Under the pieces are notes generated by a model. The model did not search any database, was not told the origin of the DNA, and saw only the letters and a program-made list of their open reading frames with translations. Below, one piece after another: positions 11,984-24,320 of a stretch of 64,000 bases of DNA (positions are counted from its first letter, which is position 1; each line of letters opens with the position of its first letter). The DNA is from Octopus sinensis (lineage: Eukaryota), in NCBI RefSeq assembly GCF_006345805.1, contig NC_042998.1:5208001-5272000 (forward strand). Direction: 5' to 3'. A program made the position numbers and the translations under genes.

Positions 11984-14100
11984 CATATATACGACGGGCT
12001 TCTTTCGGTTTCCGTCTACCAAATCCACTCACACGACTTTGATCGGCCCGAGGCTATAGTAGAAGACACCTGCCCAAGGTGCCACGCAGTGGGACTGAAC
12101 CCGGAACCATGTGGTTGGTAAGCAAGCTTCCTAGCACACAGCCACTCCTACGCCTAATTAAGGAAAGTAATTTCCATGTGTTATTTAAGAAGCACAAAGC
12201 TCGGGAATACAGAAAGCTATAAGTGAACAGAAGAACTAGTACACAAAGCTACTAAGAGACATCGATCTAGAAAACGACTAAGTCTTCTTTTAGATATTAT
12301 ATTCCTTAGACCCATTGATACCCAGTTATATACGAGTCGACATGGATTTTCACAAATACATATCACTGTCCCAGAAGGGACTATCTTTACAAGTTTCGTA
12401 CTTAGTACTATTTATAGTAATAAACCTCACACTCTGAGTCTGAAAGCGATCAAACTCTAGACAGAGAAACATAGAGAGAAGATAAACGAAAATTTCAGTA
12501 CACGCCAGTTTTTAGAGGATAACACTTTTCAGATTGATGGTAAAGCATGTTAACAAAGAAGGAGCATACCTACGGGAACGTAGCATCACCATATGCTATC
12601 CTGGTGATGGAGTTTTTTAGAAAACGAGGAGGTAGTGAATATTTTTAACCAAAATTTTAATAAATATTTCATTGAGAAATGGAGACTCTTCCTCGATGAC
12701 TGCTTTATTTTGGGGGAGAAATCAGATTATCATCTACGAATATTCAATAACGTTCTAAATACCCTTCACCCATCTATCTAATTCACGACGGAAACTAGTG
12801 GACATTATGTCGATCCAATCTTTTGAGAATAATAACATCGTATGACTATAGGTCGTACAGTGCCAGATAGAAAAATTCTATCCCACGACTCTGGAATATA
12901 ACAATATCTGTCAGAGCGACAACCGTCGTGCAGCGACAGATAAGACAGGACCAAAAGACTGTTTTATAAGCGTTAGCCATAAGTGTGGAAATTAATTACC
13001 GTTCTTAGAGATCCATGTAATAATATCCGACTGCACAGTAACAACGGATTCCCTTGAGTTCAAAGAATTCTATCTTTAAAATGGACGATGCATTTCGACA
13101 CATCGGATAAAGTCCTCAGGTAAAAGAATATGATGGCTCTAGCTGAAATCTGTATGAGCGTAAATCTTTTGAAAGCGAACCAAAGCATCAACATATAAAA
13201 AAGAAAGAAACTTCTTGACATCTATTGTCAAATTTAATACTGAAAAGTAACAAAAAGTTACAAAATTCGTAACTATAAAAAAAAATTAGAAAAAATATGC
13301 AAAGCAGTATTTGATATTCCACACTTCCTATACTTCACACACCAAATGGAACATTCCATATAGTTTCGCAAGACATTTGTATAATAATAGTTGATCCGAA
13401 AATACGTCAAATTTGACTCAATGAACTCTTCCTAAAAAGGTCTTCCTAAAAAATCAGAATGACACCTTAAAATAAATAATCAATGGAATTATAAGGACTA
13501 TGAAATAGAACTTTATATACCTGAGAACACGCAAGAAAAACAATTCATGAAAATACTATCCCATTTAGCGATGCATATAATCTATGTGTGACCAACATAT
13601 TTCACTCTATGAAAACAAAACTACCAATACTTCTACACTCCCTAAAATAAAATAAAAAATCTGGTCGTTGAAAATCTTATAGGAAAATAAACGTCAGACG
13701 GAACTCACGAGGTTAAATTTCACATAAGAGGATAATTCAGAATTCTTCATGAAGGACCGTGGAAATAATAGATTTGGTATATGCAATAGCAACAACAACT
13801 TCAAACATTTGGAGCCTGGTTCCTTTATGAAATTTAAAAGTGAATTCTCCTGCCAAGTAAATGCAGGTATGAAGTGCATTACTCAAACTCTCATACTCTG
13901 CATAAACTGTTCTAATTACAAAGAGGATTATACTAACGAAGCCAAACATTCCCTTTGCCAACATATAAATATCCACAGACAATATATCAAGGAGAATTAC
14001 ACAAAATCGTGCTCAGTAAGCACCTAAAAGTATATTAACCAGCAAATTTAAGATCTTTCCTTTCTAAATATGCCCAAGAGATGACTGAAAACAAAGGTAA
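11330..14100 (+). pseudogene. Decayed Penelope-like element: reverse transcriptase plus GIY-YIG endonuclease, with nested insertions
   Basis: NLYKVEKEDLLALK..IILKEADKGEAILIMDGDYYKDKI carries the PLE ADKG motif. Also SF.LSTIYSNKPH, W-RLFLDDCFI (catalytic DD region), LPFLEI..TD and NIPYSFAR. MKCITQTLILCINCSNYKEDYTNEAKHSLCQHINIHRQ matches the GIY-YIG pattern C.T.N.IY.I.C..C...YIGET...L..R...H. Confidence 0.85.
11628..12155 (-). mobile_element. Full-length tRNA-derived SINE, family A (head, internal microsatellite, tail), inserted in the PLE
   Basis: Reverse complement of aggcgtaggagtggctgtg..gggttcagtcccactgcgtggcaccttgggca, then (TA)n/(CA)n, then cttgacaaccgatgctggtgtg..ccacagtcaaatgactgaaacaagtaaa. 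Confidence 0.9.
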
Positions 14101-14288
14101 TAGAACAGCAGTCGACACCAGGATTTTTAAAGCCTGGTAGTTATTCTATCCGTCTCTTTTGCCCAACACCAACACTAGTTGTCAAGCGGTGATGAGGGAC
14201 ATACACAGACACAATGTTACACACACACAGATATGCATACACACATACGCACACTCACACACACACACACACACTCACATTTATATAT

Positions 14289-14370
<82 letters not shown>

Positions 14371-14826
14371 ATAGCTCTAGTGCTAAAAATAGCTCCGTTA
14401 GTATAACCACAGAAAAGATGTTTCCAAGTAGAAATAACATTACATTTAACGGAAGGAAAGTGAAACATAACGAAAAAGTAGATTGACCCTGAACAATTGT
14501 TTCATTACTAATGTAATATGTAATTTTACTTACATAGACATATATAAATCATCAGCAGAGGTTTGTCTTAAATACAAATTATTAGACCTACACGAGCGTC
14601 AAATACACGTGCTGTTTAATTGATTGCATTTGTAGTTATGCCTCAAATTCCCCGCGAAAGCATGCTAAGACTCATTGGAAACGTATGTTGCATAAAATAA
14701 AATATTTACTGCAGCACAATTAAATTTATGAATTTATAAATGAGGGCGAAAAATTGATATTAATTTAATAATACCATTAATTTAACACCAAGTGGCTTAA
14801 AACATAAGTGGCACAGCACAGCACAG

Positions 14827-14986
14827 CTAAAAATCTATTTTTAGCCATAACAAATCTATTTTTAGGTCAGGAAAAATTATCGAAAATTTTCCTCAAAGAG
14901 TTTTCGAAGATTTTTCACGAAAATTTTTCGAAAATTTTCCCCGAGCTAAAAGTAGATTTATGTTATGGTTAAAAATAGATTTTTAG
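14827..14986. mobile_element. 160-bp MITE-like fold-back
   Basis: Left CTAAAAATCTATTTTTAGCCATAAC pairs with right GTTATGGTTAAAAATAGATTTTTAG. Interior made of GAAAATTTT(C) repeats. No target-site duplication (TSD) seen. Confidence 0.55.
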
Positions 14987-15034
14987 GTGGCTGATGCTGC
15001 TGCTGCTTTCTGTGTATATATAGAGTGATACACC

Positions 15035-15185
15035 CAAAAATATTTGGGTAAGATTTTCGGCGAAAATTTTCGAAAAATGTTTGGGGAAAATTTTCGGTGA
15101 AAATTTTCAAAAAATTTTGGGGGAAAATTTTCGAAAAATTCTTGGCGAAAATTCTCGAAAAATTTTTGGGTAAAATTTTCGGTGA
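15035..15185. repeat. Minisatellite of palindromic (C)GAAAATTTTC(G)-type units
   Basis: Direct reading; same unit as the interior of 14827-14986. Confidence 0.8.
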
Positions 15186-15409
15186 GGGGATATATCTGAT
15201 TCCCGCAATGTTTTTATAGTGGTCATTGGAGTTATTCAACCACAAGTCATAGGGATTGTTGTAACCATTTTTATGGCAGTAATTCGACATCAATGAGTTT
15301 ATTGTGTCCACGGCGGTTATCCTTGTTATTGTGCTCCTTCTGGTCATTGTTCTTGCTGCAGTCACCTCTGATGTCACGGCCCTAATTGTCATAAATAATT
15401 CTGCATTGA

Positions 15410-15750
15410 ATATTGTTACTTGTTATAGGCGTTACTAACAGCAGCAGTAGCAGCGGCAGAACCACCACCACCAGTATCACCACCTACGTACGCTATCATC
15501 TTTATCATAATCAGCAGGTTCATCATGATCAGACTTATTCGACTTTTCGTCCTCTTCTTCTCATTCTGATCATCGTCATCATCATCATCAGATTTATCAT
15601 CACCAGATTCACCATCATATTTATCGCCACTGTGCTCGTTATCGTCGTCATCGTCAGCATCGTTGTCAGCCTCTTCCTCTTCCTCCTCCTTCGCCTCTTC
15701 CTCCTCCTTTGCCTCTTCCTTCTTCTTCCTCCTCCTCCTCATCATCATCA
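15410..15750. repeat. Compound trinucleotide low-complexity tract (CAG/CAC/CAT/CTT/CCT)
   Basis: Direct reading; explains the poly-E/D and poly-H/L ORFs. Confidence 0.85.
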
Positions 15751-17279
15751 TCACCATCATCAGCATCTTTCATCATTTGCTAGAATTCAGAAACCAAAAT
15801 AATATGAATAATATTCCACGATTACACGTTTCGTGTTTCAGTCATGTGATCGACAGTATAACATCTGAGCTTCAAAGCATATTCTAAATGCATGAATAAA
15901 TTTAGTTCAACACGTTGCCATACATGTAAACAAGATTTCAATAAAACCTTAACTTAGTTTTCCTCATTTATTTTTCTACTTACATTTTGTTTTTCTTCAT
16001 TTTGATTTAGATTTTTTTTTTGGTGTTCTTTTTTTTCTTAGCGCCATTTTGTGGTTGTTGTTGCTTTAGTTGATAGTGTTACTGCTACTACAGCTAGTAT
16101 AGGTTTTGTTGTTGCTGTTGTTTAGACTATATAAGTATAGTTAACTGTAGGGGTTTCTTATTCTTTTCTATCTTTTAAAGAACAGAAAACAAATCAAAAC
16201 TGATAGAACGTTGTTTTAGTTTTACTCCAATGCGACATTCATTGATATTCGCTGGAGGCATGGTGGCACAGTAGAGTATAAAATTTTTACATCTATTAAT
16301 ATTTCACTTTTTTGTCGTTGATATGGTGGGGAAATTTATTATTAATATCATTATTTATTTTTCATCTTAACTGCTTCTTCATGATAACCGTGACATTTGA
16401 TACAAAATTCACAGTAGATTTCTATAGTTTTCAATACAATTTTTCTTCTTCTTTTAGTTACTTTAGAATATGTTATCTAATGATAACTGTTTACAGGAGA
16501 AAACAAAGCACTGTGAGGGTTAGTAATGCATTCAGGAAGTACCAGCATTTCGTATTTTTTCATTCCCTCTTTTCCTCCTTTCACCCAGTAGTCTCTCAAA
16601 TAAACAAAACAGGTGAAGGTGGTACGTTTTCATACAGGATATTTTATTTATTCATTCATTTATTTACCGTCATTATTTTTGTCTTCCAACGCAAGAATAG
16701 AAATGAAAGCCTTCTAGGAGTTAATGAATAAAACGTGACTTGCTTGTGTTCATAAAATGTTGGTAAAATGTGTGCGGTATTCTTATAAAATAATCACTAC
16801 AAAAATTATTAAAAAATAAACAATAGTAGGAAATGTATGTTAAAGAAATATAGTACAATAATGTAAAATGTTTAATGACGACGATGATGATTATGAAGAA
16901 GACGAGAAGGAAATGAAACGAAAAGAATATTACTAGAAGCATCAGCAGATGCAGTAATGTTAATACATAGACTTTTTATTTGACAAATTCACTTCTCCAA
17001 ATAGTTTCACATCAGTGCAACAATACAGCTTAACAAGGTAACAATTGTTATGCTTTCTTTTCTATATTCTAAAGGCAGTGTGGTATGACAATATATGTTT
17101 ACTAATTTTGCATGCGTAACTCAAACCTAATTAAGCATCAATCCTGAGGCTAATATATAAAATATGTATTTACATTAACGTGGTTTTTCCTTTTTGGTAT
17201 TTGTTTTTTACAAAATGGTCACTATATAAATGGTGATTTTTACTATAGAATATTTGGGAAACATATGTTTAGGTATTTT

Positions 17280-17600
17280 CGAGATCAGGCCTTTATTTCC
17301 CAAGTTCTCGTAGTTTTGATGTCATATAACCTCTTGGGTAATGCGGATAATGCGCTGTAATGTTAATTGACTACGTCTAGTCTGTCTTGTTAAGTGTGAT
17401 TCACCAGTTTATAAATTTTCCCAACGGACAAATGTTAGTCTGTTTAGTTCACGAATAAGGTCACCAATTACCTTTCAGAGAGCGACAAAGATAGTTAAAC
17501 GAACAAAATAATGAAACAAGGTTCTTGAACTTTGTTACGCCCCAACTTACTCAAATTGGTTTCTGTGCCATAATCCCACAAGTAACATAATAATTACATT
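17280..17600 (-). pseudogene. Possible highly decayed Gypsy integrase fragment
   Basis: LSERVIGD...TFVRWE and AHYPHYPRG loosely resemble P..I.SDNG..F...WG..H..SSPHYPQSNG. Confidence 0.3.
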
Positions 17601-18277
17601 TTAAGATGCTTATAAATTATTTACGCTGCGATGTGATGATGTCCTCCATTTTTTTTTTTTGTTTCGTTTTCGTTTTTGCTTCTTCAACCTTTCTTTAGCT
17701 ATCATCCCAGTTTTTCTCTTTCATTACTTTTGGCAACATATTGAAATATTATTCAAAACCATTTTCGCTTTATTTTAGTTATTTTAAACATGTTATCTAA
17801 TAATAACTGTTTATAGGAGAAAACAAACAGAATGGATGTTAGCAATATATTCATGAATTATGATCGTCTCGCATTTTCCCTTCTTTTTATTTTCCTTTTA
17901 CCCAGTAGTCTCTCAACAGCCTGAATTGACAGCATTTTATTAAAAACGGTATCCACGTTTTATAGCCTATGGAGATTTGTGAATGCCTGTAACACTTCCT
18001 TAGTCAGTTCTTGATCCAAGATAAGAGCTCGGTAATATATTATGAGAAAAAAATTGCTTTCTTTCAATGATGACGACGCAAACTTCCTGCCATGATGTTT
18101 TTATTGATATTTTCTATTCATAGATCATACTTTTATACTTTAAGAATTAAACAGCCTTGCAGACAGTTTTAATGGAGTTGATGGCAAGTTTATTCTCCTG
18201 ACCTGAATAAAGTTGTTGTGGTCAATGGTTTTTAGAATGCCAACTTCTTGTTATAGTCGAGGGCTTTGTGCTAGATA

Positions 18278-18311
<34 letters not shown>

Positions 18312-18954
18312 CTACACGCTGAAGTCATCCACACGATATTTTAATGTGAGAAATTTTGTCTTTGTTGATCTGTATTCATCGTTCCCTTTAGTACATGTGT
18401 TTGCCTTTGTGGCTTTGTTCAACTAGAAATAAGCATGACTAGGAATGTTCACGAAGCTTAGGTTTCATAATGATTGTAATGTTATTATTTCATTTTATGT
18501 ACATATGTATAGATATGAAACTCAGTATTATAATATTCCACTATTATATTTGTCACTATGGTTCTATCGTCGTCCTAAATATTTTCTTTTCGAACAATAC
18601 AACATAACAAAATTTCTACTGTTTACAAAGGTTTTTTTTTTATGCCAACTTACGTAGGTTTCATAAATGTCTTCTTTTGCCTCCGATCTTCTGTTCAATT
18701 GCTAGTGGAACTTATTTGCTAGTCAAACGAAAACACGACGAGCTTTGTTCTGGTGAACAAAAAATGTCTAGTAGCTATATTTTAACCAATACAGACAAAC
18801 GTAACAGGTTTCTTGCATTAAAATATAAGAGGAGCTCTGAGGATGTGACTATTTGTGTTTTATCTTGACATAAAAACCCTGAACAACATCTGCTTCAGAT
18901 TTTAATTCCTTAATCATACAACAGCAATGAAACCATGCATCTTCTAACCACACA

Positions 18955-19006
18955 TAAATATATATAACATATATATGTATATATATGTATAATATATATA
19001 TATATA

Positions 19007-19037
<31 letters not shown>

Positions 19038-19310
19038 ATATATATATTATGTATATATATGTATATATATGTATGTATATATGTATATATATGTATGTAT
19101 ATATATATGTATATATATATATGTATATATATATGTTATATATATATATGTATATATGTATATATATATGTATATAATATATGTATATATATATATGTAT
19201 ATATATATATGTATATATATATAAGTATATATATGTATATATGTATATATATAATGTATATATATATATACATATATGTATATGTATGTATATATGTATA
19301 TATATGTATG

Positions 19311-19343
<33 letters not shown>

Positions 19344-19397
19344 GTATATATAATATATATGTATATATGTATATATGTGTATATGTATATATATATG

Positions 19398-19430
<33 letters not shown>

Positions 19431-19468
19431 TATATATATATGTATATTATATATGTATATATATATAC

Positions 19469-19507
<39 letters not shown>

Positions 19508-19608
19508 AGTATATATATATGTATATATGTATATATATATGTATATATATATGTATATATATATATATACATATATGTATATATATATATATGTATATAT
19601 ATATATAG

Positions 19609-19657
<49 letters not shown>

Positions 19658-19660
19658 TAG
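18955..19660. repeat. About 700-bp (TA)n/(TATG)n microsatellite ending in (GATA)n
   Basis: Direct reading. Confidence 0.95.
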
Positions 19661-20149
19661 ATATATATGTACATAAGCCATTAACTTGTTTTTATGACAT
19701 CTAATCTCTATTGTTTCCATTATATCACCTCTAAGTCTTTTTCTCTTTGTACCTTTTCGTCTATATAGTTTTCTCCCTCACAACATTGTTTCATCATATT
19801 ATTAGCAATTAATTGCAATCAATCAAACCCTTCCAATACACACCAAAGGTCTCAAGTGATCTGAAAATTGATAAAATTTTAAATAAATAATGAATGCTTA
19901 AAATAGTTTATAAAACTAAATTCAAAGTATGAAAAAGAAGGATTACTCTTAAGTATGATTCATGACGGTATGATGTCTTCTGGGAATTCTAGGCTTATTC
20001 ATTTTTTAAATTAAAATAAACCTACGTCAAAGTTATTGTTTTCTTTCCAGTCTGCGCATCAATATTTACACTGTGACAAAACCTTAGGACGCATTAGCAA
20101 AAGATCATTTCCTACACTTTCATATTATTTTATGTTCTCAATACTACGT

Positions 20150-20725
20150 TTTCTATAACACATGCAAACATTTACATTATTTACATTTCACGGATACTTG
20201 TCCACACCTTGTTTGTTGTTACCACAATGTTTCGGCTGATATACTCTCCAGCCTTCATCAGGTGTCTTTGGGAAATTTCGAACCTGGACTCTCATTCCTA
20301 AAGTATTTTTTAATGTTATTATTATTATTACTAACCTAGAAATCTTGGAGATAGTAGCGCTCTTAACCATTACACCATATGCCCGCGGGCAATGATGGAA
20401 TGAATTTTAGGGCTTATAAATTTAATATTTCCCTATCCTTCCTTAATACCGGTTACGATATGTTATTCATATCTGCACTCGGTCGGCTTAGGAGGTTATT
20501 GCGTCCTAGCATATGTGGTGCTTCTTTTAGTTTTCGTATTTTCCATTGATGTTCTCTGTCTATTATCTTAACTTCATCCCACAGGGAGAGGTGGTTTCTA
20601 TTTTTCCATACATGATCAGCTAAACCCGGTTTATCAATATCTCATCGTGTCACAGCATTGCTATGTTCCTCTACCCTTATTTTGAGGGGGCGGCATGTTT
20701 CACCTTTGTATAACCTACAACATTA
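20150..20725 (-). mobile_element. 3' end of a Penelope-like element: GIY-YIG C-terminus, (TAA)n and terminal repeat with a mutated hammerhead
   Basis: Minus strand CCRLYKGETCRPLKIRVEEHSNAVTR*DIDKPGLADHVW..HLSLWDEVKIIDREHQWKIRKLKEAPHMLG. Followed at 20221-20266 by GACAC-CTGATGA-A-GGCTG..CAGCC-GAAAC-ATT-GTGGT. Confidence 0.85.
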
Positions 20726-20801
20726 GATTTAGCCTTATGGCAAACTCCATGAATATTCTATTTACACATTTCGTGTATGTATGCATGTATACATACATAC
20801 G

Positions 20802-20839
<38 letters not shown>

Positions 20840-21111
20840 GTAGAAATATGTTACGAAAAGAAAATATAAAATACACGTGGTAATGTAAGGGTAAAATATG
20901 AAAAATCAACGAAAATGCATATTGCAGATAGAAAAAGGCTATTTATGACAGGTAACGACAAATATATATATTTAGATTCACTGAGGTAGTGATACGAGTC
21001 ATAAAAGTCATTATTATGAGATGATTATAAGATGATAATAATAATAAAGTAAGAGAACAAAACGAACCAATTGGTTTACGCGAAGGTTATTCATCGTTTG
21101 AACAACACCGG

Positions 21112-21163
<52 letters not shown>

Positions 21164-21204
21164 AGAGAGAGGGTACGTACGCCGCTATATATATATATGC
21201 GTGT

Positions 21205-21435
21205 GTGTATAAAAAATACAAACTGGGACAAGAAAGCAAAACATTTTGATGACGACACAAAAAACACGGACGGGACATTAGAAGCCTTCAATCTTCAGTC
21301 AAGAACCGGATCATCCTCGCAATTTCGGCTGATTAATCTTGAGATTGCTCCAATCTGGCCAGCCCCAAGGAAAAACTAAGCTGAGCGCATTAGATTCCTT
21401 GGAAGAAAAAGGACAGAAAAACGGACGATGTTACA
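21205..21435 (-). mobile_element. Family E-like dispersed repeat
   Basis: Minus strand GGCTG..CAGCC-GAAAT...CTGAAGA followed by a T-rich tract; same layout as 733-1140. Confidence 0.4.
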
Positions 21436-21492
21436 CGAAAATGAATACAAAAATAATACATAAAAATAATTTTATTATTATTATTATTATTA

Positions 21493-21525
<33 letters not shown>

Positions 21526-21527
21526 TT

Positions 21528-21653
21528 CCCAACCACGTGCTTCCAGTTTCAGTCTCACTGCGTGGCACCTTGGCCAGATGTCTTCTATAACATTGGGCCA
21601 TGTGAGTGGATCTGGTTGACGGAAATTAAACGAAACCCGTCGTATAAGTATAT

Positions 21654-21752
<99 letters not shown>

Positions 21753-21840
21753 ATGTGTTTGTGTTTGTGTATCTGTGTGTCTGTCTTTGTCTCTCACTTC
21801 CACTTGACAACTGGTGTTCGTGCTTTTACGTCCCCGTAAA
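21528..21840 (+). mobile_element. Family A SINE (partial) with internal (TA)n(TG)n
   Basis: cagtctcactgcgtggcaccttggcc..gacggaaattaaacgaaacccgtcg, microsatellite, then cacttgacaactggtgttcg. Confidence 0.85.
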
Positions 21841-21855
21841 TGCACTTACACCACT

Positions 21856-21893
<38 letters not shown>

Positions 21894-23007
21894 TAGATAG
21901 ATAGATAGATAGATAGATAGACAAATGGACGGATGGACGGACTCACGCACGGATGTGTGGATGGATGGATGGATGAAAATATTGATATAAATATGAATAT
22001 ACGTACTTGCATACATACACATTGACCACTCATATATGGAGGTTGGTACGTGTATCTTCTTACGTTTATATCTTCAATACAGGTTTGTGATTTTGTGCAT
22101 GTGTGGCTTTCAGTACATGTCTATATTTATGTATACACACATGACAATTAATATACTCCACTCCGCCTGCAATCGCGTTGAATAAACATTTTGGTTTTCA
22201 GAAACTTTACGTCTGTGACTAAAGGTTAATGTATCAATATTCAATAATTTCGAAATTTCGTCCATTGCATTGTAGTTCATAATTTGTGGCATTATCAAAC
22301 TACCCTCGCTGTGCTATCCGGAACAATAGGGGTAGTATGCTTGTTGAGACACTAATACTATGAGATTAACCGCTTCATCCTTATTGTAGTTCCTGAGGAC
22401 AGAGGTCAAGCAAGTAGTCGACCTTTTCAACATACTAGAAATCATTCAAAAAGTAATTTCTCTGTATTATTGTCCTTATCGTGAGATCCTAAATTGTAAT
22501 GAATAATCATCTAAAATGAGAATAAATCTTTCTGGTAGAGTGACTTAGGGATCAATGAACAATGGTTCACATTTGATGAATAGGAATGCACTGTCTATCT
22601 TTCCCACTACAAGTTTGGATGAAGTGATTGGTCTACTTTTACTTTGAGAGAGAAAGATGACTTTGTTGTCTTCCAAAATATCGAGGCCGTCGCAGTTTAA
22701 TTCTGCTTTAGTTGACAAAATAGATCTTCCACAGTTTTGCTTATTTTACAATAAGCAGCAGAGCTGAATTTTATGTTTTGGTGATACTAAGTACAAATTT
22801 AGAGTGCGTAGTCATGTTTGTTTCAATATAGTTTTCTTTTGTTTCCAAAACAAGAGAAAGGTTGTGGGGTTATTTTGAAAGTTTTCATGCAGTTATCTAA
22901 TACTTGGAAAGTATTAATATGGCGTTGCTATCTGACTTCTCATGAGGTTGATGTAGTTGAGTCCGAAGTTACATACATGGCTGCAGTTTTACAAAACTCC
23001 TTTTTAG

Positions 23008-23094
23008 ATGTGCGCGGTGATCATATGTTTGTGCAGCGAAAGGGGGTAAACAAGGTCTACAATGTTTCGCTTCCGATCCAGCAGTCAGTAAAAG
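23008..23094 (+). CDS. Candidate 87-bp internal coding exon (phase 1-1) of an unidentified host gene
   Basis: Acceptor ctcctttttag| and donor AAAG|GTAAGA. Only one frame is open, (D)VRGDHMFVQRKGVNKVYNVSLPIQQSVK. Non-repetitive and higher GC than the flanks. Confidence 0.4.
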
Positions 23095-23260
23095 GTAAGA
23101 TAGGACGAAAGAAAAGAATGAATGATTATTACCAAATAGAATATTTGAACACAACTTGATGATTAAAATCTCAAACGCCCGAGCGTCGGAATCCTTTAGT
23201 CGCAAAGGGATTTGATAGATACAACATCGATATGATATATATGTGCGTGAGTGTGTGTGT

Positions 23261-23309
<49 letters not shown>

Positions 23310-23869
23310 CGTGCACATATAGGTATGTGTGGGTGTATACATATATAGATATGTATACATTTAGAAACCAATGGCTAACTGATATATCTTAATCGCAAAA
23401 TGGCTGTCGCAAATTATCAACCCGACACTGCAACACACACACACTCAGATACATTTATGTATACATGCACACTCACATATATACATACATATATATCTAT
23501 TTATATATATATACACACATATATATATATATACTTATACACGCACACACATATATATATATATACATATATATACATACTTACCAATATGCTTATATGC
23601 AGATATATGTGTGTGTATGTGTGTGTGTAGCACGTTTATGACATTAAAAACAAAGCGTATAAAATCTATGAAAAATATATGGTTAGATTTATGCAATAAA
23701 CATTCTCCGGTACTGAGATATAACTAACAGAAGTAGCAAACATAGTATATCTCGTGTAAGGGTGCCGCCAGTTCCTCATTGTTATAGAGATACAAATGAG
23801 TGTGCATTCACAGGTTTATTCACCACACACACACGTACACACATGCACACACATATATATATATATATA

Positions 23870-24039
23870 TACATATATACTACGAGCTTCTTTCAGTTTC
23901 CGTCTACCAAATCTACTCTCAAAGCTTTGGTTGGCCCGAGAATATAGTAGAAGACACTTGTCCAGGTGCCACGTAGTGGGATTGAACCCGAGACCATGTG
24001 GTTGGTAAGCAAGCTACTTACAACACAGCCACTCCTACA

Positions 24040-24042
<3 letters not shown>
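23870..24042 (-). mobile_element. Family A SINE head
   Basis: Reverse complement of the family A head, followed by microsatellite to about 24430. Confidence 0.85.
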
Positions 24043-24108
<66 letters not shown>

Positions 24109-24113
24109 CACAG

Positions 24114-24147
<34 letters not shown>

Positions 24148-24171
24148 CTATATATATATATATATATACAT

Positions 24172-24210
<39 letters not shown>

Positions 24211-24273
24211 CATATAAATATATATATATATATATACGCCTATACATATACATATATATATATATATATATAT

Positions 24274-24320
<47 letters not shown>

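Noticed and set aside
14660-14700. ATGC-TAAGA..GAAAC-GTAT-GTT-GCAT hammerhead-like remnant
   Set aside because: The core has lost nucleotides and stem II is broken; probably a dead PLE-terminus relic, not called as an RNA.
14958-15392. 144-aa ORF with repeated KNFSKIF motifs
   Set aside because: Produced by the GAAAATTTTC minisatellite.
15413-15802. Acidic poly-E/D and poly-H/L ORFs
   Set aside because: Compound trinucleotide repeat, open in several frames on both strands, with no splice or domain evidence.
15815-15880. Minus-strand GAAAC-GT-GTA with an upstream TTGAAGC
   Set aside because: Core and stem II are not supportable.
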